A stretch of 64,000 nt of DNA from Takakia lepidozioides (Eukaryota > Plantae > Bryophyta), in the NCBI GenBank assembly GCA_030704615.1, contig CM060732.1, positions 28,768,001 through 28,832,000 on the forward strand, given 5' to 3'. Positions 14,088 to 26,367 of this stretch are shown piece after piece (position 1 is the stretch's first letter; each line of letters begins with the position of its first letter). A model generated the notes under the pieces. It was not told where the DNA came from. It ran no database searches and saw nothing but the letters and a program-made list of their open reading frames with translations. The position numbers and the translations under genes are program-made.

Positions 14088-16013
14088 TGTGCTAGTCTCC
14101 GTCTACTAATACTCGCCTGAAAAATATGACCTATTCATTCTACCTCACATCTAGGCCACAAAGGGCCCCTAACAAAGGATGCCCGGGAGGGTCATTTTAG
14201 ACCTACAGGTAGATACTCTATGATAGTGCAATCTGTAAAGGTACAGAGTTGTGCCTCTGTAAGAGCTGATCACCATAAGTATGATTGTCGTCTCTTGACT
14301 TCTGTAGTTTGAAGACTTCTAGAGCTAGTAGTAGGATTTGACAGTAAGTGCTGATTAATTCCCTCTAGATTGATGGTGCCTTCAGGCATTGCCAAGTTGA
14401 ACAGTTGAGAATAGGTAGACTGCTTTCTACTAATCATCAATTGATGTTTGTACCTGCAATTCCCAGCAAGTGCAGCTAAGCTACTCTGGAACCAGCTGGA
14501 GACCTTTCCTTCACCGTACTTAGATCCATTGTGTACTGTGACATCAATCTCAAAATTCAGCACCATAACTGTCTCATTCTCTAGATATTATAGGCATTCC
14601 AGAGGGTGACTGAATGTGTCCTTCTCCAGGGGAAGGGTTAGATGTGATGAATGCACGATGGGTATGGATAAACCCATTACAGTGTACAAATACCTTGTCC
14701 ATTTCACTCGACAGACAGGGTCTTAAATCGCCCCACGAGATCAACAAGAAATTTAAATATGAATATTATGCTCGCCTCCAAATACATTGAGTTACATTAT
14801 TTGCTTCCCCCTGTTTCCATTCCAGTTTGAGGGGGTTTGTCAGTGCAATGACAACTTAAGATGGTCAAAATGTGTGTTAGTTTCTTAGAACTTCATGTTG
14901 AACACTCTGTCGCCAGTTCCCGTTGGCGGTACTTAGATACCGATACATCAATTGATCCAAAGAATTTCAGTAATAAAGGAATTTAATCCTGGCCTGAGTT
15001 ATCAACTTGCCTCTTTCAGGCTCAGTGATACAAAGATAAAAGGCTAAAGGAAACAAGCGAAAAGGAACGCAAATTATACTTAACAGTTGACAATGTATAT
15101 CAAAATCTCGGGTTTGAGTCTTCTAAGCTTTACTCAAGAGAGACTCAAGATCTTTTATTGCCCTCTCTACTATGAGATCCGTGGGAGATTCAACTGTCCA
15201 TAATTCCGTGGAACCCAATCTCTCACAGAAGTCATCCATCAGACATGCTTGGCAGCTTATCTGCATGAGGCTTTGACCCCTTATGCAATCCCTTGAACAG
15301 TAGCTGCTTTTGGGCTGCTTTTGGCTCTCTCTTTGAGTGGTTTTGTCTTAATCATTCTCGTGTCTTGTTTTTCCCATTTATAAAGCGTTATAAAGTACTG
15401 GTCATTTCATTTCGTTTCTCTTTGGCACGATCATGGCTGTTATGGATTTTTGGCTCATTCCTCGGGAATTATTTTACCCAAAGCAATTTCAAAGCGTGAT
15501 GCGGCCTTCTTTCCACGAGATACACTCTGTTCTTCAGCTAAAAACCCTTACAAGCTGTACATTCTTGGTCACAAGTGCAAACTAGTGTACTTGACAGCAC
15601 ATATATGATGAACTCATCTAAGTCTCTAGCTTTTGTTTCTGTGATTGATCTGCTGTCGTCTCACAGGTAATGCTCGACGCCTACCGTTGCCGAGTTTAAT
15701 TTCATTTTCATCAATCAGCTGATTTATAATCATTAAAATTAATTTAACAAACTGTAGTATGGTAGTCTGGTAGTAGGTATCACTACTCATATGGTCCACA
15801 GGACAGAACTAGGTCCCTCTTGGAGGTTACCCCTGCAATGACACACAAGAAACGCCGAGCGAAGCCTTCATTTTCCTTAGCAGGCTTGATTGTCGTGGGG
15901 ACTGGGACATGATACACCAGCCTTGTCCAAATGACAGTGACCGAGGTTTCCAAGTTGCTAATTAGGGACCCAACTCTGTTGTATCTGTGATTATAGTTGT
16001 GTGTTGAAGTATT

Positions 16014-16650
16014 GTGCTTCATTTTTTATCCACAGTGTCTCATCAAATGCCTGACTATGCTTTTATATATTTCGGCATTTTCAATATTTTGGATGTGGAT
16101 CATGGAGTAGTTTGCCCCTCACAGGACATTATTGTTTGCTCCCCGACGAGAAGAAATTTTGTAAGATTTGCAGTGTTCGACGCCGAACCTTTGTATCTTT
16201 GATTACAGTTGTTGGCTGAAGTACTATGCTTCATTTTTTATCCACAGTGTCCAGTGTTTTTTTTCACTCTTCCAAATCGTAGGCAGGGCGACATGTAGAT
16301 TCTACCCAACGCCCATGTGGCGAGAATAACGAGATGGCAGAGCTAGAAAAGAGGCTATATTACAGGTGTCATATTTTAACAGTTCCACGTAGGATAAATC
16401 TGTCTCCTGGTATTTAACCTTTGGTGGCGTTTTTTGGCGTTTTTCTTGAATTGAATTCCCATAATTAGTAAAAGTACTTGACCAATTTTCCATTTTTCGC
16501 CAGAAAAAAAAACACTGACAGCCTCTCATCAAATGTCTGACTATGCTTTTACATTTATCGGCATTTTCAATTTTTGGTATGTGAGGATCATGCAATAGTT
16601 TTCCTTTCACAAGACATTATTGATCTCTGAGTGCTCCCCGTCGAGAAGAA
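16014..16650. repeat. Local tandem duplication (~210-bp unit); second unit interrupted by a MITE
   Basis: TGCTTCATTTTTTATCCACAGTGTC..TCATCAAATG.CTGACTATGCTTTTA..GACATTATTG occurs at ~16015 and again at ~16227/16526. Confidence 0.8.
16252..16517. mobile_element. hAT-type MITE (266 bp)
   Basis: TIR CAGTGTTTTTTTTT / AAAAAAAAACACTG. 8-bp TSD ACAGTGTC / ACAGCCTC (6/8). The empty site is visible in the adjacent duplicate at ~16030. Confidence 0.8.
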
Positions 16651-17039
16651 TATTTTCGTCCTCTTCACATCTGTTTGTTTTTCCCTGATTATCTCAATTG
16701 ATTGGATGTCATTGTTGTTTTGCGTTGAGGCTGTTTGGACGATCAATATTCAAAATAATAATGAAAAAACTTCAAAGATGTTTTTGGTCTTTCGTGTTTT
16801 CATTATTGTCTTCAGGTTCGGTGCCGAATCTGACCCGCGGAAGTATTTGCTCTGGTAAGCACCTACGGTGGCAAGCACAAAATATTGGTACCCTCTGCAA
16901 AGCTTTATTCAGAACGACAATCGGATTCAGATGTGATTCTTCTCCACCGAACCCGGAATCAGGCTTTTGGAAGCCACTCTGTCTCCATGTAGGTGCAGAA
17001 TTCTGTCTCAGAAGGGTACTTCTCCCGCAGGTCCAGAAT

Positions 17040-18250
17040 TTTGAATACGGCCCATGCTTCACCTGCATCCCCAGAGGTCTCCCTTCTATCATACATCTGT
17101 GCCAGGTCTTGTAAGATAGCCGCTCACAATACTGGGTCTTTCACCTTTGCAACTGCATTCTTCTGCCAGGCTCGGCGAACATGCCACAAGCACAAGAAAA
17201 CAACACAATCCCCCCAAACAGATTTGTTCTCTTATCAGGTAGGTAAATTGAAATTCATGTGTAACCAAGAGATCATGGTAGGCATATTGCCTGAGTTCAT
17301 GGACGTAGCTAATGGCAGCAATTTCAGCATCTGCGTCATCCACAATAAAGGCATTGGGACGTCAGTCTACTTGCCGACTTGTCATTTGTTTGTTTAGTGC
17401 CTCCATCCAAGGCGTCAGATCAATGGTTTTGCACATTGCAGTGATAATATAAGCCACTAGAATGCCATTCAGCCAAACGTCGAATACCATCATGGCATAT
17501 AACGGGTACTGCAACAACAATCATGTGTAACTGAAGTGACTTGAAAGGAAATGGTAGCAAAACAGAGGACTTCACATGAAGAACGTAATTTGTCATGCTT
17601 TCAAGAAATTCGGGTTAACAATCTGACGAACCTTCTTTTCATTCATTCCAAAGGTTGCATCACAAGCAACTATGCGACGATGGCCGTGTTTGAGCATCTG
17701 TTTTATCTGCCAATCGGTTTGTATGCCAAGCACAAATGGAAGGTCGAGTTTCTGTCATTCTACGTCCAAGCAGGGTGATTAGACTCTTCCTGGTAGTAGA
17801 AAACGCTTCATGGGTTTTCATGCACCCACATTCGGACACTTTGTTTTGAAAGTTTCTTCATTGCACTTGTTGGCAATATTTCGGATGTCATTTGAAAGAA
17901 GGAAGGTGTCACGAGTAACCTCCAACCCCCCATCCATGATTTCCCTCACCCTCTGCGTGTGCTTGGCCATTATCTTGTTGATGCTTAGTCCGAGACGGAG
18001 GTTGTGTAACACCCATGATTTCATCTCATCACTCAAGTGGGGAGCTAATGAACCGTGACCTACTTGATGCGCAGGTCCATGGCAGACCTGTCCAGCCCCA
18101 TTCACATGTCTCTTTTCATAATAGACCAGCTCTGCAATATCAGGGTCCACATAGCATTGCTTCACTACAAACCTACACATGCATCCCCTTTTGATGCCTT
18201 CCCCCGATTTTGTTTGTATGGTCCTCATTTGTTTTGGCTTTGCTTCAGTG
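17040..18250 (-). pseudogene. Fragment of a second MULE-type transposase (At4g13970/At1g60560-like family)
   Basis: KRGCMCRFVVK..HVNGAGQVCHG, APHLSDEMKSWV, QMLKHGHRRIVACDATFG, VDDADAEIAAI and LCLWHVRRAWQKN motifs, with stops and frameshifts. Confidence 0.75.
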
Positions 18251-18253
18251 GAA

Positions 18254-21200
18254 GCGGTTGTGCTTGCATGGAGTATAGGATCCTCGAGCTTTCTTCATGG
18301 AATCGAGGTCCGCACAAGTGCACTCTGGGAATTTGCCAACTGTAACATTGTACGCAATGTTATTCTCAGAAGATCTGGGAGTCCTCAAGGTGTAGACCCT
18401 CTCGAACCCTGGTGCAGGAACATCTGTAAAGTCCGTGGACACACTCAAAGATGTCGTCGGGACAAAACCACATTATCTGTACTTCTGGATGCCTCCGCAA
18501 GCTTTGCAGGATCTTTTGATCGCGATGCAGCACTCACCAACTTCTCAATTTTCTTTGGACCACCACCACGAAATCTTCCATTGATGAACTCATAGTATTA
18601 CGCATTCTGAACAACAGCTCTTGTGAGGTCGTCCACTGTTGCATCGTAAAGATTCCCTGGGCCACTGCCGGACGAAACTTTCCAACTGGAGTGAACAGCC
18701 TCAGACATGTTCGTTGTTGGCATGTGTGCATCATCATCCGACGACATTTTCTGCACGAAATACAAAAACGTTAGTTCACACATTGGCAATACTGACTCAT
18801 GGTTTGGCACCGAACATTGGAGGACAACGTTTTAAAGACGATTTGCAAAATGGTATCAGAGAACAGTCTTAGATTTGGAGTTCCCATCAATTGCGAGCAG
18901 TTTGGCGTCGAACACCCAATTGGGGATGTAGATGGCATCTAAACATCCACTTAAAGAAGCATGTTCGGTGCCGAACAGTCAATTTTTGGAATACATGTAA
19001 TCTGAAAATGTATGTCCGAAATTGGAAGGAGGAGACTTGATAACAGATACTGCAGCTTCTGATCCAGAAATTGAATCACTGTGGACAATTCGTTGGAAAT
19101 TCAGAGGTTTGGCGCCGAACAGCAAGAAAAATGACACTATTGCTTTCATACAAAGAATAAATGACTTGCTTACCGCACGGATGTAGTTCCCGAGCTGGGG
19201 GTAACGGTGATGCCACCATGCAAACCAGCTCTCCAAGGCAGGTAAATCATCATTGTGGCTGGATCCGGAACAGGACCACCAAGCTCGTAAGATAGCATAG
19301 GTGGTTTCCCCAGTTTTAGGATCTGTTGCATCGCGCCATGCCTGACAGAGCTGTACGTGTTGATCCCTCATGCCATCCTTGATGTACTTGTTTGTGTGTG
19401 ATCAAAGACTTTGAGCCCAGTGAAAGCCACATGTTCTCTTTCTGTCGACGACCTGGATCCGCAAGTCTTGACCCTTCTGGATAAATCTGACTTAGAGGCT
19501 GTAGTGTCTGAAGCCATGTCTGTTGCCATGAGATTGTCTAGACTGAAATTTAAACTCAGGGCAGGAAGCCTACCTTTGAACAGCAAACAGAAGCAGAGAG
19601 GAAAGGGAGAGTGCAATTGTCCATTGTGTGGGCAACCTGAAGACAATATTCATTTTCTGATACACTGTCCGGGGTTCTCTCACCAAAGAGACACTCTCTT
19701 CAATTCTATCAAGGGAATTGTGCCTGTACCCCTGTTTACCAACTTTGAAAGTCTCGAGGCTGAGCCAAAAGCCCAGGCCCTCCTGAGGCCTAGTTTTTGG
19801 GCAAATCACACACAGCAGATTGATGCTTGTGTGAAGGGTTTTCTAGAGGATATCTGGAAAACCCGGATTAATTCTATATATGAAGGTAAGTCTTACTACC
19901 AACGTCAGCCCCTGACAGAGGTAGGTTCTGTCCCTTTTGTTCCCGCTCAAACTGGGCGCGGGGTCAAAACACAGTCCTAGCCTGGATGGCATCTACACAG
20001 GACAATCAAATCCCGGTCATTGTGGTAATGACAACACAAGGCTCAGTGGCATCGGGCCTAGGATTTGGGGTTGACGGAGAGGTACATCTGTCCTATTTGC
20101 AGAGGGTTGAAAGAGATATGACTATCCAGTTTCATATAAGGGTGCTGGACCAGTTGGGTACTCCAAACCCGTTGCCCCCGCAAGGGATGGAATCTCAATG
20201 GGCACGACAAGAGTCTCTGACTTGGGCACATCCTTTCCCTCTGTTCCATACACAATGCAAACAGTTGCCTAGTTTGCTCCGGCTCCATCAGCCATCAACC
20301 CTCGAAAATGAGGTCGACGTTTGCCAGCTCGAGCCATTTGTTCATTTATGCATTCCCAGAAGAGCACTTGTGCAGCGATGTCTTGCACTTTCATCTCGCA
20401 GATTGCAATTGTCATCAACTTCTGACAATTAGGCTCGTATACATGGTACGCAAGACTCGTCCATCCTGGAACACAGTATACATGGTCAAACATGATCTAG
20501 CTATTCTCCAGATCGCCTCCAATGTTCATCTGATCCACAAGATCGACCCCACTGCCAGGACAATCTGTCGACATTTTAAACAAAAAACACCTGTCATCCT
20601 CATTTCCTTGGCCAGGGAGACGGCTGCCATGGATGTAATCATAGCCACACTTCTCTTTGTATTTGAGAATGTTGGTCAAGGGATCCCCTCCATGGCCACC
20701 CTCCTCCCTATGCTGCCTCACAGCGTACCTAAAACTGGGTTTCGACAGGTGCGATACTGCCTCAAGCAGACGGGTCATTTCCGAATCTTCTAGCATGCAG
20801 CGTGCCTTGCGGTCCTTGGATAGAACATGATCCTCAATGATCTTCCTTGCCATTCTCATTTGTATAACCTTTGGTGAATCTCCCGGCGAACGAGAGACCT
20901 CCTCCTTAACAATTGATATCACTTTTGAGAGAGACTCCCCTGAAGGGTGTACGTGCTTTCCAAGGTGGACAACTGCTCTTGTCATATGATCTGGTCCAAA
21001 AGCATAAAACATTTTGGATGGACACTCTTGCGTGCACATTGGTGGAATCCCGCAAACGACACACACAACTGTTGACTTAGGTACATGCACTTGAACAGAG
21101 AATGGCTTGCTGCTTGTTCCAGTCCATAGAGTCTTGTTAGGAGTATGAAATCTTCTGCGGTAAGGGCACGAGCCAGAGAGGCATTCCATTGCACCAAGGC

Positions 21201-22073
21201 ATAGAATATACCTGAATAATAGACAATCAACGAAGATCACATATGTTACATTTTGGAGGATGAATGGGAATCTACAGACAATGATGGAGAAAATGAGATC
21301 TTTGCAACCTTATCTCACAACCGATTCTCCTCGAGTGAGGCCTGGTAGCTTGGTGTTAGTTGTTCTCGTTTTGCACCAAGGGTGCCCATCATACTTTCTG
21401 TCCATACCTTCCATGCGACAGCGACACCAAACTTTCCTGATGGAACAGGTGGGAACTCAAACATAACGTTACCATTCACCTTCTTTGGAAGAAAGTAGAC
21501 TTTCTGGCATTCCATTTTGCTATAATCAATCTTCGAGAGGTCGGATTTTTGAATGTCTTCACGAGAGGAAGATTTCTCAAATGGCTCGAGAAACACTTTG
21601 TCTACATGGGAGTGCAAATTCTGGAACTTCTTCAAAACCTGAACAATAGAGCTAAGAGAGTCCACAGGAGCTGGTGGTTCAGTTGCACCTGCCGACGTTA
21701 ATCCCAAAAATCTGCAATCTTCCTCAGAGCTATCTGACAAGGTGATACTCTCTTTCCGTTTATTAAGCGGGGGGTGAATGGACTCGTTTGTTCCTAAGTC
21801 TCTGTTTGGAAGCCCTCTAACAATGTAAGTCCCTCTCCCACATTTCAAACACATTTAGTTGTTGCTCGATTTTGTTATCCTACGAGTGGCAACAACGGTT
21901 TCCTGCTCGTCTCGAACTTCCTCTTCCGCAATACCTGTGCCCGGGAGAACATTAAATCTAACTGTCAAATACTTGTCGTCAATAGTGGCCAGTCCCTGGA
22001 TTGCCTCGACTTCCACAACCAAACGATCTGGAGGGCAGACCATTCTCACCACAAAGAATTTGGGCCGAGACAC
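18254..22073 (-). mobile_element. Decayed GCM-like/MULE-DDE/SWIM transposase (element 1)
   Basis: DGHPWCK..YILCLGAMECLSGSC..CVVC..GKHVHP (GCM/WRKY-like), LMADGAGAN, TCGFHWAQS, TTNMSEAVHSSW and ECTCAD..PCKH (SWIM). Intron ~18752-19172 sits at the same position as in the element at 29280. No termini were found. Confidence 0.85.
19450..20220 (+). mobile_element. 5'-truncated LINE (C-terminal zinc-binding region + 3'UTR) inserted antisense in the element 1 transposase
   Basis: ORF 19411-19980 contains KFKLRAGSLPL..CPLCGQPEDNIHFLIHCP (LINE C-terminal CCHC). The MULE frame resumes on both sides (..YGTEGKDVP / DRKRTCGFHW). Boundaries are approximate. Confidence 0.75.
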
Positions 22074-22218
22074 GAGGGAGCACTGAACGAACCAGATGGG
22101 CGGGTATATGGACTGTCCTCCTGCTTTCGAACTGCAATGGAGAATGTCACCTGCTCATGTCAGTGTGTCCTGACTGCCACAATCTAGAGTGATTTGTGGG
22201 GGAGAATCTAGGATAACA

Positions 22219-22421
22219 AAACCGTTAAAATCATTATCTCCACAATACCGTTAACATTGAACGGTCGAGATCCGGTTTGAGAATAAAAATACCGTTATTC
22301 GGACTGGATGGAAAAAAAGATTCGGCATAATACCATTAAACATCATTACGGTTATTCGCCAGATAACAAAATTACCGTTAAGCGTAATGACCGCAAATAT
22401 TCCTCTAAAGAATGCCGTTAA
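22219..22421. repeat. Cluster of (A)CCGTTA / TAACGG-like short repeats upstream of the element 1 transposase
   Basis: aaccgttaaa, taccgttaac, taccgttatt, ttacggtta, taccgttaag and tgccgttaag within ~200 bp. Confidence 0.6.
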
Positions 22422-24545
22422 GTCTGAAATAGTGGAGATCATGTCAGTAGAGAAGAGAACATAACAATGTCAGACTTTGACTTGGAATGAGGGTTTCATG
22501 AAGAAGAAGATTCTCAAGGTATACGTTGAAGGTAGACGTTGAATTTTTTTATGCGAATCCAACGACGCTGCAGATCCAGAGTCCTCCTCTAAGCTGGACA
22601 ACCCATATATAGAGGGATTCTAGATGAGTATCTATGCACTTCATCCGAGTAAAGAATCCGGGGATCAAATTCTTCGGATATTCCAACATTAGTAGCCAAA
22701 TTGACATCACTTTCTTCCTTGTCCACTTCGAGCACTTCTTCAATCTTCATTTTCGTCTGTATGACCTCTCACAAATGTAGGCGTATCATCATCGGAGTTC
22801 CAATCAAATAGCAAGGCGAAGTGGCTCTTAGTTATGCCGGCTTCGGCCGGAGTTTTTTTCTCTCTCATCAATATCTGTGTCAACAACAACATTGTCGTGT
22901 ACCTCAGCATCACAATTTCCAGTCACGTCTTCAATCTCTCCAAGTTTATGTGTTTTCGGCCACCGGATCATATGACGGAATTGATGCACTCTTCCATTGT
23001 ATCCAAAAATCCTTCGTGAACTTTGGTCTCCGGTACCAACACTTTTGGACAAGTGCCTATGTGAGCGCCTTAATGAAAGTTGTGGGAAAACAAGGTTATA
23101 CCTAGGATATAAGCTAAACTCTGGTGGGTGCAACCCCACAAAAGGCTTCAGGAGAGTTGCTCGTGGGGTGGCCGTACGAACGGCATGAGTTCATTTTCTC
23201 CCATCTCCTTTCACTTTTGCTTATGTAGTTTCCCATGGGGATCGGATGAAATGAACGTGAACTCTCTCTTTCAGTTTCATTCTACAGGGCAAGGCTACGG
23301 CAAACAACGTCTAAGTACGAGTACATTCTCTTTTGTTTTCTTTCTCCGGGCCATTGCCTATTCTGGGACAGCCAACCCCTTGCAGAGGTATTCCTCTAAG
23401 TATGCGGATCAGAAATGCTTGACATCATAACTGCAAGAGGCGTTAACTGAATCCCTTGATGAATAGTTGGGTTTGAGCTGTTTAGCTTGTAAGTCCTGCT
23501 TTCTTTGTCCCTTAAAGCTCTTTGCAGATATTATAGATAAATTCATTCGCTTGCTTTCTTTATATTGGGAGACGTTTTTGGGCCTACGCAATAATAGAAT
23601 CTTACAGCCCAATTATCTTCGCGCAGCTCCACCTCCCTCTTCTAAGAAGCGTTGAGAAGGTGCAGGGTGAGCTCCCACACTATGCGGATAGAGACTTGTG
23701 GGAGCTGCAGTGTGGACAACCTGCGGTGTGATTACCGCCTGTGCCCCGCTTGCGCTGGGGATAACAGAAGGGAACTTACAAATGAGGAACATCTCTTGTT
23801 TCACTGTCTTTTCTACTACATACATGAGATCCATGGGGAACATATAATCCATGCCTAGGCCCTAGCTAGGGGTCAGAAGGTAAACTTTTCCAATTGATGG
23901 CCTTAATTGGGCTCATGAATTTCTTCCAAATGATGTCACAGTGTACATGGGAAAGTGAATAAATAAGCATACATGTCAAAAATCAATATCCAACTCAATG
24001 GTTCAAGCTTTCTAAATGGTAAACCTAGATAAGCTTCGGAATAAAAGCTTAGTAACCGTTGCCAGCAGGCAAAACGTTGCCACTAGATCTATAAAGTGGC
24101 CTTCCCAGGGGCATCCTTGATTACCCATGGTGCCCTATATGCACATGAACTCGTAGAATGTACAGGTCATACTTGCAATCCTGAAGGTAAACACTAGCAC
24201 ATCATGGCCGCTTATAATAACAGTGCTTTGAACCCTCCTTCCATGCCACAAGCGCCCGCATCAGAGGAATGGCCTCCAATTTGTAGAGAAGTCTTTCTCA
24301 ATTTTCCATGCAAGAATTGCTCAAAGAGATCAGGGTTGCAAGAGATGCGCACACCCCCCTCATTTTCGTATCCATATTCCTCCTCGGTCTTTGCAAGCAA
24401 CTCACCAAACAGTTTATGCTTCAGGAGATTAATGGGGATCACAAATCGACGCCTCTCTCTCTGCCCACGTAGACCGCCACGCAGCCCCTTGGCACCCCCG
24501 GTGGGTGTGAAACAAATTCTGTCACTGATTTGATATGGTTAGTAC

Positions 24546-25298
24546 CAGTATTGGTCGGGTACCATGTTTTGAGCCCTCTCCCAGTCCCGGTTATGGCGTA
24601 CTCTTTGAAAAAATGGATGGCCGGGGCAGGGTATACCAATAGGTTTGAAAAACATCTCGGTTACAGGTTCTCAATAAACATATGGATTTTTTTTTGTCCG
24701 GTTCTCAATCTGCCATCTTAAAAAATGCCGGTTCCATGGTACCGGTTATGGGATTCATCCACTTTTTTTTTCTTTTTTTTTTCTAGCATTTTTGTGTATG
24801 TGTGTAAAACTATACACAAAAGGGCTATGGCATGGTGATAAGCCACTAGAGTATTGGTTGTGGGTCTCGGGTTCAAAGTTCAATCGTTCAACCCTGTCAT
24901 CTATCTCTCTACCCCTCTAATATACTAAGCTTACAAGTTACAACTATTGTCTTAGCCAAATGCCAAATGCCCAACTAATTAATTTCCTACTTGGACATTC
25001 TCATTAATGTTGTGCACCTAATCTCCCCAACATTGTAATTTCATAACTACCATCACTAACCCTTACACTTGTATTATCTAGAACCGCCTCTATGCCATCC
25101 ACATTTGCTCCGGATCTTGCTCCGGGTATAACACCCTTATAATCACCATGCCGGTTCTCTAGCCGGTTAGGAAGCTCGATTTTTTTTCCGGTTCCCTTCG
25201 GTTCCTGCGGGGGCTGCACCTTCTGGTTATGCACATGTGAATATCCGGCAAATAACCGCCGAATATGCATGTCAAGATGCCATACCCGGCCAACAGTG
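24546..25298. mobile_element. Non-autonomous hAT element (753 bp)
   Basis: Exact 8-bp TSD GTTAGTAC (24538-24545, 25299-25306). Imperfect TIR CAGTATTGGTCGGGTA / TACCCGGCCAACAGTG. Subterminal CCGGTT repeats. Confidence 0.85.
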
Positions 25299-25456
25299 GT
25301 TAGTACCAGACGCCAAAGACAATCTATGGGACTGGCACTTTCCGGTTATGCACATGTGAATATCCGGCAAATAACCGCCGAATATGCATGTCAAGATGCC
25401 ATACCCGGCCAACAGTGGTTAGTACCAGATGCCAAAGACAATCTATGGGACTGGCA
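25225..25456. repeat. 119-bp tandem duplication spanning the MITE right end, TSD and flank
   Basis: GGTTATGCACATGTG...GGGACTGGCA occurs twice with a period of 119. Confidence 0.9.
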
Positions 25457-25967
25457 GGTAGCCAAAACGTTAGTCTTTCCAAGTTCCATGCACAGTGAAC
25501 AATTCTTGGTCTTAGACGACCTCTGGAGACACGTCGAAATCAGCAAACTTGAGCGATCGGATTGAGTGTCGAGAGATGCTTCGGACTCGAAGGAGGCCAA
25601 ACTTTGAGGCTTTCCAAAGCCTATGGCCTGTAAATGATGCTTCACATAGCTAGCCACTTTGTTTGCTATCTTCGTCTTGGACACCAGCTTCTGACTCTTG
25701 GATGTCGACATCAACGGGTAGCGATCGGATCGAATGTTGTACTGCATCCATACAAGGAAAAGAGAGTGTTGCCAACATATTGTGGAGCAGTGAAGATCAG
25801 CTCTAGAGAGTACGAAACTGATGCAGTGAAGATCAGAGAGAAATGAAATGAAACGGAACTTTATGACGTCCGCATGAAGCTCAAAGACCTCTCAAAGAGT
25901 GAGTCCGATAGTGAGGAGGTCAGACAGACAGGAGAGAGATACGCAAAGCGAGCGGGGTTGGCGGGGT

Positions 25968-25974
25968 TTATATA
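25968..25974 (-). promoter_or_regulatory. TATA box of SAUR copy 2
   Basis: TATATAA on the minus strand in a context similar to 13457. Confidence 0.5.
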
Positions 25975-26367
25975 GCTCGAGGCTAAGAGTTACACCCTAA
26001 CTTTTATCCTTGTTTAGATCCCCAAAAATGTTTTAATTTAACATTTTAACTCCTAAAGGACCCATCGACCCATTTTGGGCCTCAACGTGTCAGTCCATCT
26101 GCTCCATTGCCACATTTCATTTATCTTGAAATGGCCTTGGTCCATTCCCGCCACAAATGCACATACTCCCAAATCAGGCCATTATTTACAGCTGGTTAGA
26201 GGGATTTACCCAAAAAAATTGAATTTTGGCTATCTTTTTCTTAGAAAAGTTTATAGAGAGGTTGTGCGAAAGTTTGGCAGTTGTGCCATAGTTCAAATTT
26301 TTGGAAACTCGGTGGGAATGTGGGTTATGTGTTGCAGAATGCGCTCCCAAAATAAGTTGGAAAAAAC

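Larger units (their letters stand above)
24212..25489 (-). pseudogene. SAUR: SAUR copy 2, interrupted by a hAT MITE
   Basis: Removing 24546-25298, one TSD and the 119-bp duplication gives MELGK..SGTNHIKSVTEFVSHPPGVPRGCVAVYVGRE/RRFVIPINLL..TEEEYGYENEGG, with a 2-bp slip in an AG repeat. The 3' flank is homologous to copy 1. Confidence 0.85.

Noticed and set aside
12100-15900. Short ORFs outside the SAUR gene
   Set aside because: No recognisable motifs or consistent exon structure.
25391-25747. hAT TTF zinc finger fused to SAUR (NCSLCMELGKTN)
   Set aside because: The His ligands are missing, and the DNA resembles the 5' region of SAUR copy 1 with a similar TATA context upstream, so it is more simply the SAUR 5' end.
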